Shown in pieces: positions 20,070 through 28,828 of a stretch of DNA of 64,000 nt (position 1 is the first letter of the stretch; each line of letters opens with the position of its first letter). The position numbers and the translations under genes are program-made. The stretch is taken from the NCBI GenBank assembly GCA_963729625.1, contig CAVSOU010000014.1, positions 64,001-128,000 of the forward strand. Direction: 5' to 3'. This stretch comes from an uncultured bacterium (GTDB taxonomy: Bacteria; Chloroflexota; UBA5177; JANWHV01). The notes under the pieces are model-generated. The model searched no databases. It was not told the DNA's origin and was given only the letters and a program-made list of their open reading frames with translations.

Positions 20070-20879
20070 TCATCGCATCGGCTTGATGCGGACATCCGGC
20101 CGCTCGGACCGCGCCAATCCAAGGTGTTCGGCAAGATCGCCCTTGTTCAAAGCGATGCAAAGGCGATCAAACGAGTCGACGAAGAGCAACGCGGCACCTA
20201 CCGGAGCGTCGTCAAACGTGCGCGTGATCTGAACCTCGATCACCTTGTTGCCGACGTCGACGGATGCTTGCATGGCGGCGCCAAGCACCGCAAGAAGATC
20301 GGCGGGAGCGGCCAGAGCCAGGCTGCCAAATTCATTGACTGCTACCACCTTCGTGCGTATCTCATCACCGGCGATCGTGCTGACAGGCTCAAGTAGTCTC
20401 ACCAGCGTCGAGTGGTCGATGGTAGGTCCCAACAGGTGCATTGTCACGCCGTGCGAGACATGGGCAGCCGCAGGGCAAAAGATATCGCGCGCGTGGAATG
20501 TATTCGACACAGGCTGGTGGCGGAAGTCCGGGACCGTCAGCTCGACCGCCGATTCTATGCCACCGAGCGCCTCAGCGGCCGCGATCAGCAGGCCGTTGTC
20601 GGGTCCAATCAGGATGTCGCCGCGCCGCGCCGCAATGGCGATCGGCCTGCGCATTGTGCCAACGCCGGGATCGACAACTGCCACGTGCACGCATTGCGGA
20701 AAATGGCGAACCACCGATCGAAGCATCCAGGAGCCGGACTCGACGTCAAAATGCGGGATGCTGTGCGAGATGTCGACGACTATCGCTCGCGGGCTAATCG
20801 AGGCGATAACGCCCTTGCACTGGCCCACCGACGAATCGCTCAAGCCGAAGTCCGTGAGAAACGAGATAATGGCGTCCAC
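20070..20879 (-). CDS. DUF62 SAM hydroxide adenosyltransferase (SAM hydrolase; chlorinase/fluorinase superfamily)
   Basis: FLTDFG, VVDPGVGTMRR, GPDNG, SNTFHARDIF (Asp-Arg-His triad of the hydrolase subgroup). Confidence 0.9.
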   Translation of the reverse strand: MDAIISFLTDFGLSDSSVGQCKGVIASISPRAIVVDISHSIPHFDVESGSWMLRSVVRHFPQCVHVAVVDPGVGTMRRPIAIAARRGDILIGPDNGLLIAAAEALGGIESAVELTVPDFRHQPVSNTFHARDIFCPAAAHVSHGVTMHLLGPTIDHSTLVRLLEPVSTIAGDEIRTKVVAVNEFGSLALAAPADLLAVLGAAMQASVDVGNKVIEVQITRTFDDAPVGAALLFVDSFDRLCIALNKGDLAEHLGLARSERPDVRIKPMR

Positions 20880-20889
20880 GACCTTCACC

Positions 20890-21160
20890 GCCCTGAATAA
20901 CGCGCTGAACAACATGACAGCCGGACAATCGCTGGGGCGAAGCCGGCTGCGTCGCGGTACCACCCAGATTCACGGCGAGCCAAACAGGTTCGCCGCCTCT
21001 GCCCCGGGTAACGGTCGGTGCCGCGGCAGCCTTGCGCGCGACGCGCTGAACTGCCGGCTCAGGAGTGAATAACGCGGTTCGTCGCCGGTTCAAGCGCTTG
21101 CAGCCGCGGCGCTTAATCTCTGGAAATGGCGTGAACTTCCGCGCGCGTCTCCGTCACTGC
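20890..21160 (-). ncRNA. T-box riboswitch, Phe (UUC specifier)
   Basis: Minus strand: GCAGTGA...TGAGC GA-motif, AGAGA bulge, GCTG distal loop, TTC+A specifier at 21069-21067, CCGTTA stem IIA/B, T-box AATCTGGGTGGTACCGCG (20970-20953) with GCG/CGC and GGG/CCC antiterminator pairing. Confidence 0.9.
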
Positions 21161-21186
21161 GTGTTGACAATGTATCACAGAGCGAT

Positions 21187-21215
21187 TTGCCTGCCGAGGA
21201 TGCCTGCTCTACACT
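21187..21215 (+). promoter_or_regulatory. Putative promoter for tRNA-Ile2
   Basis: TTGCCT-17 nt-TACACT, 20 nt upstream of the tRNA. Confidence 0.45.
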
Positions 21216-21234
21216 CGAAGCATGCGCGGCGCGA

Positions 21235-21307
21235 GGGCCCTTAGCTCAGCGGTTAGAGCTCCCGACTCATAATCGGTTGGTCCCCGGTTCGAATCCGGGA
21301 GGGCCCA
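21235..21307 (+). tRNA. tRNA with CAT anticodon, most likely tRNA-Ile2 (lysidine)
   Basis: GGGCCCTTAGCTCAGCGGTTAGAGC...GACTCATAATC...GGTTCGAATCC...GGGCCCA; C4-G69/C5-G68 acceptor pairs like E. coli ileX. Confidence 0.9.
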
Positions 21308-21319
21308 CTCTTCTCTTGA
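21266..21319 (+). repeat. attL direct repeat (54 bp)
   Basis: ctcataatcggttggtccccggttcgaatccgggagggcccactcttctcttga. Confidence 0.93.
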
Positions 21320-21399
21320 ATGAGAGAAACCAACAAAGCCAACGGGCCGATTGGCTGCAAGCACATCGTTCCTCATCGCCGAGAATCCGATGGCCAAGA

Positions 21400-21575
21400 T
21401 GCGTCGCCCATGGTCGGACAGAAGCTTGTCCCCGTCGCATCCGACGACGACCTGGATAAGCTGCTGAACACCGTGCGCGGACACGACTTTCTCTCGATTC
21501 GGGATCGGGCCATCATCGCGCTTCTTGCCGACACAGGCATGCGACTTACCGCGTGCACGGACATCGAGGTAGCGA
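21400..21575 (+). pseudogene. Tyrosine recombinase/integrase fragment
   Basis: SDDDLDKLLNTV...RDRAIIALLADTGMR (box I catalytic Arg); no HxxR or Tyr box follows. Confidence 0.75.
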
Positions 21576-21845
21576 GTCCCCGCGGTTCCCAGAACGGGCT
21601 GCCCATCTCCCGCCTGGTTCCCATGCAGGAGGCTGGGACTCTCCCATCGCCCGTCGATCCGCTAGCCCTGACCCTGGCACGCCCGACGGCGCTGCGACGC
21701 CTGTTCCAGTCGCTGCGGCACGCCCGCGGTGTACGCAGCCGGTGCCGGTCGGAAGAGATTCAGCCGGCATTGATCGACGCGGTCGCTCCTGCGGGGCGCA
21801 ACTTTGCAGCATATGTCCCCTTTCTAGCCGAGGCCAGAGAGTGCA

Positions 21846-24800
21846 TCATCCAGTCTTCGTCCACTGGCCGGGCAGCAGTGCCCCACGGTCCAGACATGGA
21901 TCGAAGCCGGCTCGGCTGATGATCAGCAGATTCTTCTGGCGCAACCAGCGATAGACGCCTGGAGGGGGATCCTGGTGTGGATTGTCCGAGCAGAAGCCGT
22001 TCTGATTTGCCGGCAAGTAGCCGGTCATGGTAAGGCGGCCGGCCGGCGTGGCCGTGAAGTACTCTTCGACCATGAAGTCGGGGCTCGCCACGTCGACCGC
22101 AGCGCCGGTGTGCACGCTCACGGGAGAGAAGCCGACCCAGCCAGGTCCGATCGTGATTGTGGGCTCGGTGCCTACCCAGTCGGAGGTATTCGGGTCGTGG
22201 GCGGCAATCCCGTCCGCGTTCTGAAAGGTGCGGCGATACGTGCCTACGAGCGAAGCAGGCACAGTCGTCACGATCGCGGGCCGGGACACCGGCTGCTCGC
22301 CGAACAGGAGCGCGGCCACGTGCAGGCCAACGTCCTCGGCACTATTTTGCAGCTCGTTGCCAAATATGACGATCGTCACTCCCGCGTCGGGAAAGCGCAT
22401 GTTGAGGGTGGAAAAGCTATTCCATGCGCTGTCGGTGTAGATCACGCGGCGGCCGAGCGCGGTGCCTATCTGCCACAGGTAGCCTATCCCGCGCGGGGCA
22501 ATCCCAGGGTCCGTCTGGCCGATGCTCGCACGTGGGGCAAAGAGCGTGGCCAAATACGGGCGCGAGAGCAACTTTCCGGCGAACAGCGCGTTGTCATAGG
22601 CGTAGACGTCATGCACAGTGGTATATGCCTGAAAGGAGTCGTTATACACGGTGTTGTGATCCAGATCGGCGCCGTGGTAGGCGCGCGCAACGACGCTCGA
22701 TGCCATGGCATCGGTGAGCCGCCAGGTGTTCTTCATACCGAGGGCGCTCAGGTTGCTGTTGAGGACGAAGTTCTCCCAGGACCCGTGGGAGGTCTGCTCG
22801 ATAATCGTGCCGAGGACAAGCGCGCCGCACGTTGAGTAGTTGATAGTCGAACCGATCCGCCCAAAGAGACCGCGCAACGGCATGTCCTGACACCGTCCGA
22901 TCGACCACTGGGTGGTCTGGCCGGCACTGCCCCAGCTGTAATCGGGCAGACCGGCGGTGCCGTCGAGCACCATGCGCACGGTGATCTGCCTCCAGCTTGG
23001 TGGGCAGCTCGAGAGGTACGTGCAGATCGGCGTTTGCCAGGCCAGCCTGCCGCGTTGGATCAGTTGCAGGGCGCCCAGGACGGAGAGGCTGTCACTGACG
23101 CCGACGGCCGGATAGGTAGTGGCGGGCGTGTTGGGGGAACGGTGCAGGCGATCGGCCAGGCCATAGCCCTTCTCCAGCACGACCGCGCCCTGTCGCGCCA
23201 CCAGCACGGTGCCACTGAGCTGTTGATGTGCCGCGAGGTCACCCAGATAAGCGTCGACGGTGGCGGCAAGGCTCGGCGGCCGTGTCGCCATCGACGCGCG
23301 CGCCCACACGCCTATTGCCACGACGACCAGCATCGCTAGCAGCCCGGCCGCGGCCGCCAATCGGTGGCGCCGTACCAAGGGCCGTGCTACCACCCGTGCC
23401 TCCGCGTGCAGCGCGGCTACGGCGGCTTCCAGCTCCTTGGCCGACTGGAAGCGCCGTCCCGGATCCTTTGCCAGGGTCTTCTGGATCAGGGCGTCCCAGC
23501 CAGCCGGGATGGCGGGATTGAGGCTGCTGGGCCGAGGCGGGTCGTCCTGCACGTGCTTAATCGCCACGGTCAGTGCGTCCTCCCCCTCGAAGGGCGGCCG
23601 GCCGGTCACCATGTGGAAGAGCAGGGCGCCGAAGGCGTAGATATCGGTGCGGCCGTCGATCCTCTTCCCCGCGATCTGCTCCGGGGCCATGTAGAGGGGA
23701 GTGCCTATACGCATGCCGGTGGTAGCAATCGTCTGCGGCGAGGCGTCGGGCTGGAGGAGGCGCGCGATGCCGAAGTCGGTTACTTTGACCTGGTCGTCGC
23801 CCACCACCATGACGTTGTCCGGCTTGATGTCGCGGTGCACGATCCCCTGCGCATGGGCGTACGTAAGTGCCGCAGCCACCTGCAGAGCCAGCCGCTTGGC
23901 GCGAGGCAAAGGCAGCGGCACAGTGCGGAGAATCTGGCCAAGCGTAGGGCCGTCGAGTAATTCCATGATGATACAGCAAGCATGTTGCTCGGCGAACGTA
24001 TCGTGGATCCGCACGATGTTGGGGTGGGACAACGTGGAGAGCATTGCGCCTTCCTGCTGGAAGCGCAGCAGGACGTCGAGGTCGATCTCTGTTCGGGCCA
24101 GCACCACCTTGGCGGCTACCATGGCGCCGGTCGCGCGGTCGCGGGCGCGGAAGACCCGCCCCATGGCCCCGGCGCCGATCTCCCCCTGCAGCTCCAGCCG
24201 TCCACCAAGTGACCTGGTCAGTTGGTCGATAAGCCGAGGATTGCCCTTGGTACGCCGGTAGACAAAGCCCGCGAACTCCTCCGAGACCTCATGCTGGCCC
24301 ATTTCGGCCGCCACCATGCTCGTGGTCTCCTCCAGCGACAGGCGACGCAGGCCCAAGCGCTCCATCACGCCTTCGCGTGCCAGGGCCTGCACCAGCTGGG
24401 AAAGCTCGGGGTGCTCCTCGCCGAGCCGCGCATCACGGAAGCTTCCGGCCAGCAGGATACGCGAACCGCGGATTGCCCGGGCCAAGTGCCCGAGCAGCCG
24501 GAGGCTCTGGCCGTCGGCCCAGTGCAGGTCGTCCAGTAGCAGCGCCAGCGGGACAGACTGGGCGACGAGCTTCAGCAGATCGGCCACAGCGCCGGCGATC
24601 TGCTGCTGTTCCACTGTGCTTGACGCCAGCGCAGTGCTACCGGCCTGCGCCTCGCGGATCAACACTTGGATCCTCGCCCAGCGCCGTTTTACCTCCGCTT
24701 GCGAGCCGGCCGGCACGGCTGCGACTAGGTCGGTGAGCGCTTCCACAAAGAGATAGTGGGGAGTGGTCTGCTCGGCGGGGTAGCAACGACCCGTCGCCAC

Positions 24801-25265
24801 TACGCAGCCGCGACTTCGAGCTTCGACCATCAGCTCCTGTACAAGCCGCGTCTTCCCTATTCCCTGCTCGCCATGGAGCAGGACCAACTGTCCTTCGCCC
24901 TCCATCGCTGCCTCCAGCAAAGCCCAGAGACGCCCCCGCTCTTCCTCCCGCGCCACCATCGGCCGGGCCGGCAGAGCGCCAAGAAAGCTGCCTTCGGGCG
25001 GGCCGTCATCGGTCGGTGCTATGGCAGTCGCGGCCAGTGCCGCGTGCTCGAACATCGCGCGATCCACCGCCGACAGTCCGAGGGCATCGGCCAGCCGGCG
25101 TACCGTGTAGGCTCGGGGACGGGTCTTGACGCTGCGTTCAAGGTCGCTGATAGCGCGCACGCTCAACCCGGCGTGGTCAGCCAACTCTTCCTGGGTCAAG
25201 CCTACGGCGACCCGGAAACGGCTGAGGAGGCTGGCGAAACCGGGCGGCTGTGCAGGGTCCATCAC
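21846..25265 (-). CDS. Multidomain signalling protein: XRE-HTH, AAA/STAND NTPase, Ser/Thr kinase, TM, extracellular beta-lactamase-fold domain
   Basis: LTQEELADHAGLSVRAISDLER; GEQGIGKT and LLLDDLHWAD; GAGAMG, VAAK, HRDIKPDN, DFG, YMAPE; TM LAAAAGLLAMLVVVAIGVW; LSGTVLVARQG..GYGLADR. Confidence 0.88.
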   Translation of the reverse strand: MMDPAQPPGFASLLSRFRVAVGLTQEELADHAGLSVRAISDLERSVKTRPRAYTVRRLADALGLSAVDRAMFEHAALAATAIAPTDDGPPEGSFLGALPARPMVAREEERGRLWALLEAAMEGEGQLVLLHGEQGIGKTRLVQELMVEARSRGCVVATGRCYPAEQTTPHYLFVEALTDLVAAVPAGSQAEVKRRWARIQVLIREAQAGSTALASSTVEQQQIAGAVADLLKLVAQSVPLALLLDDLHWADGQSLRLLGHLARAIRGSRILLAGSFRDARLGEEHPELSQLVQALAREGVMERLGLRRLSLEETTSMVAAEMGQHEVSEEFAGFVYRRTKGNPRLIDQLTRSLGGRLELQGEIGAGAMGRVFRARDRATGAMVAAKVVLARTEIDLDVLLRFQQEGAMLSTLSHPNIVRIHDTFAEQHACCIIMELLDGPTLGQILRTVPLPLPRAKRLALQVAAALTYAHAQGIVHRDIKPDNVMVVGDDQVKVTDFGIARLLQPDASPQTIATTGMRIGTPLYMAPEQIAGKRIDGRTDIYAFGALLFHMVTGRPPFEGEDALTVAIKHVQDDPPRPSSLNPAIPAGWDALIQKTLAKDPGRRFQSAKELEAAVAALHAEARVVARPLVRRHRLAAAAGLLAMLVVVAIGVWARASMATRPPSLAATVDAYLGDLAAHQQLSGTVLVARQGAVVLEKGYGLADRLHRSPNTPATTYPAVGVSDSLSVLGALQLIQRGRLAWQTPICTYLSSCPPSWRQITVRMVLDGTAGLPDYSWGSAGQTTQWSIGRCQDMPLRGLFGRIGSTINYSTCGALVLGTIIEQTSHGSWENFVLNSNLSALGMKNTWRLTDAMASSVVARAYHGADLDHNTVYNDSFQAYTTVHDVYAYDNALFAGKLLSRPYLATLFAPRASIGQTDPGIAPRGIGYLWQIGTALGRRVIYTDSAWNSFSTLNMRFPDAGVTIVIFGNELQNSAEDVGLHVAALLFGEQPVSRPAIVTTVPASLVGTYRRTFQNADGIAAHDPNTSDWVGTEPTITIGPGWVGFSPVSVHTGAAVDVASPDFMVEEYFTATPAGRLTMTGYLPANQNGFCSDNPHQDPPPGVYRWLRQKNLLIISRAGFDPCLDRGALLPGQWTKTG

Positions 25266-25470
25266 GTGACTTTCTGCAAAAGGCTGAGCAGGGCGCTCTT
25301 GGCGATCGCACTACCCAATCTGCCGGGCAGTACAAGTGACACGTCTATGTTACTTATGACACAATAGCGCTGTCGCCGCGAGGTGCTCGTGCCTCACTGG
25401 ACGGTTGCGACACCGAGGCGCGCTTGTGCGCGAACGACAGGTCGGATCGTTGCACGCCGGGAGATCAACA

Positions 25471-26511
25471 ATGAGTGTCAACCGAACACGACGAGCACTG
25501 CGGCTGGCGATCAGCACATTCCTGCTGCTTGGTGTTGTGTGGCTGCCGGGACGGACCCAGGCGATCGGTACTGCACGGCCGGCTGCTGCTAGACCAGACT
25601 GGACCGCGCAGACCTCCGGCACCAGCGTCTACTTGGACGACGTCGACTGCCCGAACACGACCACCTGCTTCGCCATAGGTCACGACGGCACGCTCCTCGC
25701 GACCACCAACGGGGGCGAAACGTGGACCCGACAGACGTCCGGTACCGCGGAAGTGCTATACGGCATTAGCTGCCCGAGCGCTACCAGGTGTGTTGCCGTG
25801 GCACTCGACGGCACGATTCGCGCGACTGCCGACGGCGGGAAGTCGTGGATCCTGCAGAACTCCGGCACGGAGAACTCTCTGGCGAAAGTGAGCTGCCCGA
25901 GCACTACGACCTGCCTCGCCGTGGGTCCACAAGGCACCATTCTTGGCACCAACAACGGCGGCAAGAGCTGGAGCAGGCAGGTATCCATTACCTCAAACGA
26001 CTTCACCGGCCTCAGCTGCCCGAGCACGCGGATTTGCTTCATAGTAGGTGTGAACGGCACCATCCTGACTAGCACCAACGAGGGCAGCAAGACGCCGACC
26101 TGGAGCCTGCAAACCTCCGGCACCCTGGACTTTCTGATCGGCCTCAGTTGCCCAAGCACCACTACGTGCCTCGCCACGGGAGACAACGATGCCATCCGGG
26201 TCACCACTAACGGCGGTAGGGCGTGGAAGCTACTCACGTCCAACACCAGTTCGTGCAGAACACATGGCCCTGGGTGCGCGACAATGAGTATCAGCTGTCC
26301 AAGCGTCACCACCTGTTTTGCCATGACAGACCTGGGCACCTTTGTGGCCACCAGGAACGGGGGCAAGACGTGGGTCCCGCAAACTGCCCCGAAGCTACCT
26401 CAGAATCCTGCCCATCCTACGTGGGCGCGGATGGCTTATCTGGACTGTCCGAGCACCAGCACCTGCTTCGCCGTGGGCGACAGGGGCGTCATCCTGCGCC
26501 TTCGGAGATAG
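25471..26511 (+). CDS. Secreted BNR/YCF48-like 7-bladed beta-propeller protein
   Basis: Signal peptide and seven ~41-aa repeats W..QTSGT...L..SCPS..TC.AVG..GTI..T.NGG. Confidence 0.85.
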   Translation: MSVNRTRRALRLAISTFLLLGVVWLPGRTQAIGTARPAAARPDWTAQTSGTSVYLDDVDCPNTTTCFAIGHDGTLLATTNGGETWTRQTSGTAEVLYGISCPSATRCVAVALDGTIRATADGGKSWILQNSGTENSLAKVSCPSTTTCLAVGPQGTILGTNNGGKSWSRQVSITSNDFTGLSCPSTRICFIVGVNGTILTSTNEGSKTPTWSLQTSGTLDFLIGLSCPSTTTCLATGDNDAIRVTTNGGRAWKLLTSNTSSCRTHGPGCATMSISCPSVTTCFAMTDLGTFVATRNGGKTWVPQTAPKLPQNPAHPTWARMAYLDCPSTSTCFAVGDRGVILRLRR

Positions 26512-26953
26512 CAGCTTCCATCGAAGCGACCACATCAATAGTGCGCGGGTCGCCGCCGGTCATCATGGCTCTGGATCTCAGTCACCCGTGTCCCGCTCCG
26601 CAGATTCACGCTCGGTTGCATCGTCAACGGCAGGATCCGCTGACGCCCATACAGCGTCGAACGTGGCAGTCAGGCCGGCCGCCGCGCTGCCACGGGGCGT
26701 CGCAGTCACCCCCCTGTTCGTCGCCGGAGTGATGCGCGCCAGTCGGCGCCTGCGTTCCCGAGTCGGCGACTCCGGAACATCCTGCTAATCCCGAGAACTT
26801 GCGCGCCTGCCGGGCATTGTGTGGGTCTTGTGTGGGTTCGCACGTGGGAAACGAACAGCCACGGGTCCAGAGTGGATCACAGGGATGGCAGGCGGTGGGA
26901 GGTGCGATACGCGTAGCGACCTGAGAATAGCGCGGGGAAGGAGGGGAACCACA

Positions 26954-27229
26954 GTGCCTACCTACATGGTTGAACGTGTCCTGCCAGGCGCCACAGTGGA
27001 ATCGCTCGAGGCCATGTGCCAACAGCTTCAACGCACGTGCAACGGCACTGCCGAGGGCAGCGAAGTGCGCTACCTGCGCAGCACGTTCACGCCGGGCGAC
27101 TCACGCTGCCGCTGCCTGTTCGAGGCGCCCAACGATGACCTGGTGCAGGCGATGAACGAGGTGGCTCAGATCCCGTATATCCGGACCCTTCTCGCCGTGG
27201 AGCTTATCCCCAACGACGTGAAAGAGTAG
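26954..27229 (+). CDS. DUF4242 / SCO4226-like small protein
   Basis: PTYMVERVLPG, VRYLRSTF.P.DSRCRCLFEAPN..V...N; GGAGG RBS. Confidence 0.75.
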   Translation: MPTYMVERVLPGATVESLEAMCQQLQRTCNGTAEGSEVRYLRSTFTPGDSRCRCLFEAPNDDLVQAMNEVAQIPYIRTLLAVELIPNDVKE

Positions 27230-27497
27230 CCCATGGTGACACGTTGACGTCTCCTGCGCGCCTACGGGATCGATATGCAATCTCGCAGCACGACTGCACG
27301 GACCGCGGCATCGCGGCCGAGGATGACTAACCTACCAAGAGAAAGAGGATGGGATGAAACAGCTGGCTGGATGCCGGCCGGGACAAGGCTCTGAGTCCTC
27401 GGATTGCAATTGATTCGACCGCATGGACCATCTGTCTGCTTGCGCAGTCACCCGATCGGCAAGCGGCAGTGGGTGACCGTTCAGGAAGGAATAGAGC

Positions 27498-28592
27498 ATG
27501 AAACGATTCCTCGTTCTCCTCCTCGCCAGCCTGGTCATGGGCATAGGGGCCCCAGCGCTCCAGACGCACGCAGCGAATCACAGCACGTTGGCGGCGGCCA
27601 TGGGAACGCCGCCTACCACGCTGGGCGCGCAGATCGAAACGTATCTCACGGGGCTCGCGGCCAAGAACCAGCTGAGCGGCGTTGTGCTGGTGGCATGGCA
27701 CGGCACGGTGCTCCTGAGCCACGGCTATGGCATGGCCGACCGGGAGCACTCGGTGGCCAACTCACCAAGCACGAAGTATCCGCTCGCCGGCATCAGCTTT
27801 GCCATGTCACTGGTCGCCGCCCTCAAACTGGAGGAGCAGCGCACGCTCCACGACGGGGCGCTGGTCTGCGCCTATTTGCCCTCCTGCCCGGCCGCCTGGA
27901 AGCACCTCACTATCGGTATGGTGATTGACAACACAGCCGGACTTCCCAACTGGGATTGGGAGCATCAGGGGAACACGGTCGCAGATTCGCTGGCCGGCTG
28001 CCAGTCCGAGGCACTGAGCATCACGGTGGACTACCAGAACTGCACAGTTATCGTGCTGGGCACCATCTTCGAGAAAGTGACGGGCAAGCCGTGGGCTACC
28101 GTGATGCGCGCCGCACTCTTCGGGCCGGCCGGCATGGCGCACAGCGGCAGGATAACGGACGCGTTAGTGCCGCCCGCAAGAGCCAGTGCCTACTCGGGCG
28201 ACCAACCGAACCCCGGCACGCACTTCAACACCTACTATCACGTCTACGCCACGCTGCAGGATGTCTACGCGTACGACAACGCCATCTTCGGGGGAAAGAT
28301 CATCTCACAGCATGCCCTGCAGCGGCTCCTGGCACCGAAAACCGAAGTCTCACCGCCCGACGCGGGCATCACCGCTGAGCAGCAGGCTGCGCAATGGAAG
28401 CTCGGGACGCTCGGCGGACATCGAGTAGTCCTTACCACTGGCAGCTCCGCCGCGTTCACTGCGGCCAACGTGCGCTTCCCTAATGACGACGTGACGGTCA
28501 TTGTCCTCAGTAATGAAGATCAGAACGACGTGGAGGCTGTGGCTGTGCAGCTGGCCGAGCTGGTCCTTGGTATACGTCCGACGCCGGCGTAG
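27498..28592 (+). CDS. Secreted beta-lactamase/serine-hydrolase-fold protein lacking catalytic motifs
   Basis: Signal peptide; LSGVVLVAWHG..GYGMADRE, DDVTVIVLSN; the SxxK position reads AGISF. Confidence 0.82.
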   Translation: MKRFLVLLLASLVMGIGAPALQTHAANHSTLAAAMGTPPTTLGAQIETYLTGLAAKNQLSGVVLVAWHGTVLLSHGYGMADREHSVANSPSTKYPLAGISFAMSLVAALKLEEQRTLHDGALVCAYLPSCPAAWKHLTIGMVIDNTAGLPNWDWEHQGNTVADSLAGCQSEALSITVDYQNCTVIVLGTIFEKVTGKPWATVMRAALFGPAGMAHSGRITDALVPPARASAYSGDQPNPGTHFNTYYHVYATLQDVYAYDNAIFGGKIISQHALQRLLAPKTEVSPPDAGITAEQQAAQWKLGTLGGHRVVLTTGSSAAFTAANVRFPNDDVTVIVLSNEDQNDVEAVAVQLAELVLGIRPTPA

Positions 28593-28828
28593 GTTGGGGA
28601 CCCGGCAGCCACCATGGGCGTTAGGAGCAACATTCGAATCGCGGGACGCCGACCTGAGGCGGTCGGTGAATGAGGCGGCTCACGTCCCCGACGGCCGGAT
28701 GGTCGTCGCCTTCGACCTCACCTCGGATGCACGCATGGGCGGAGCACAGATAGGCTTCCGACGCACCTCGTACCTAGAGCAATGCAAAACGGGCACATGG
28801 AAGTGCACAGCGAAAGGAAGAAGACGAG

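Noticed and set aside
20070-20879. Fluorinase/chlorinase (halogenase)
   Set aside because: It retains TFHARD and the Asp-Arg-His triad of DUF62 SAM hydrolases, not the halogenase-type residues
21235-21307. tRNA-Met (initiator or elongator)
   Set aside because: No C1:A72 mismatch or three G-C anticodon-stem pairs; the acceptor stem resembles Ile2. Elongator Met is not fully excluded
21320-21919. Intact 199-aa integrase ORF
   Set aside because: Similarity is limited to ~55 codons; the rest lacks recombinase motifs and overlaps the opposite-strand gene
25560-26500. CRISPR-like periodic repeats
   Set aside because: The periodicity is degenerate, in-frame protein repeat coding; no CRISPR array or cas gene was seen in the window
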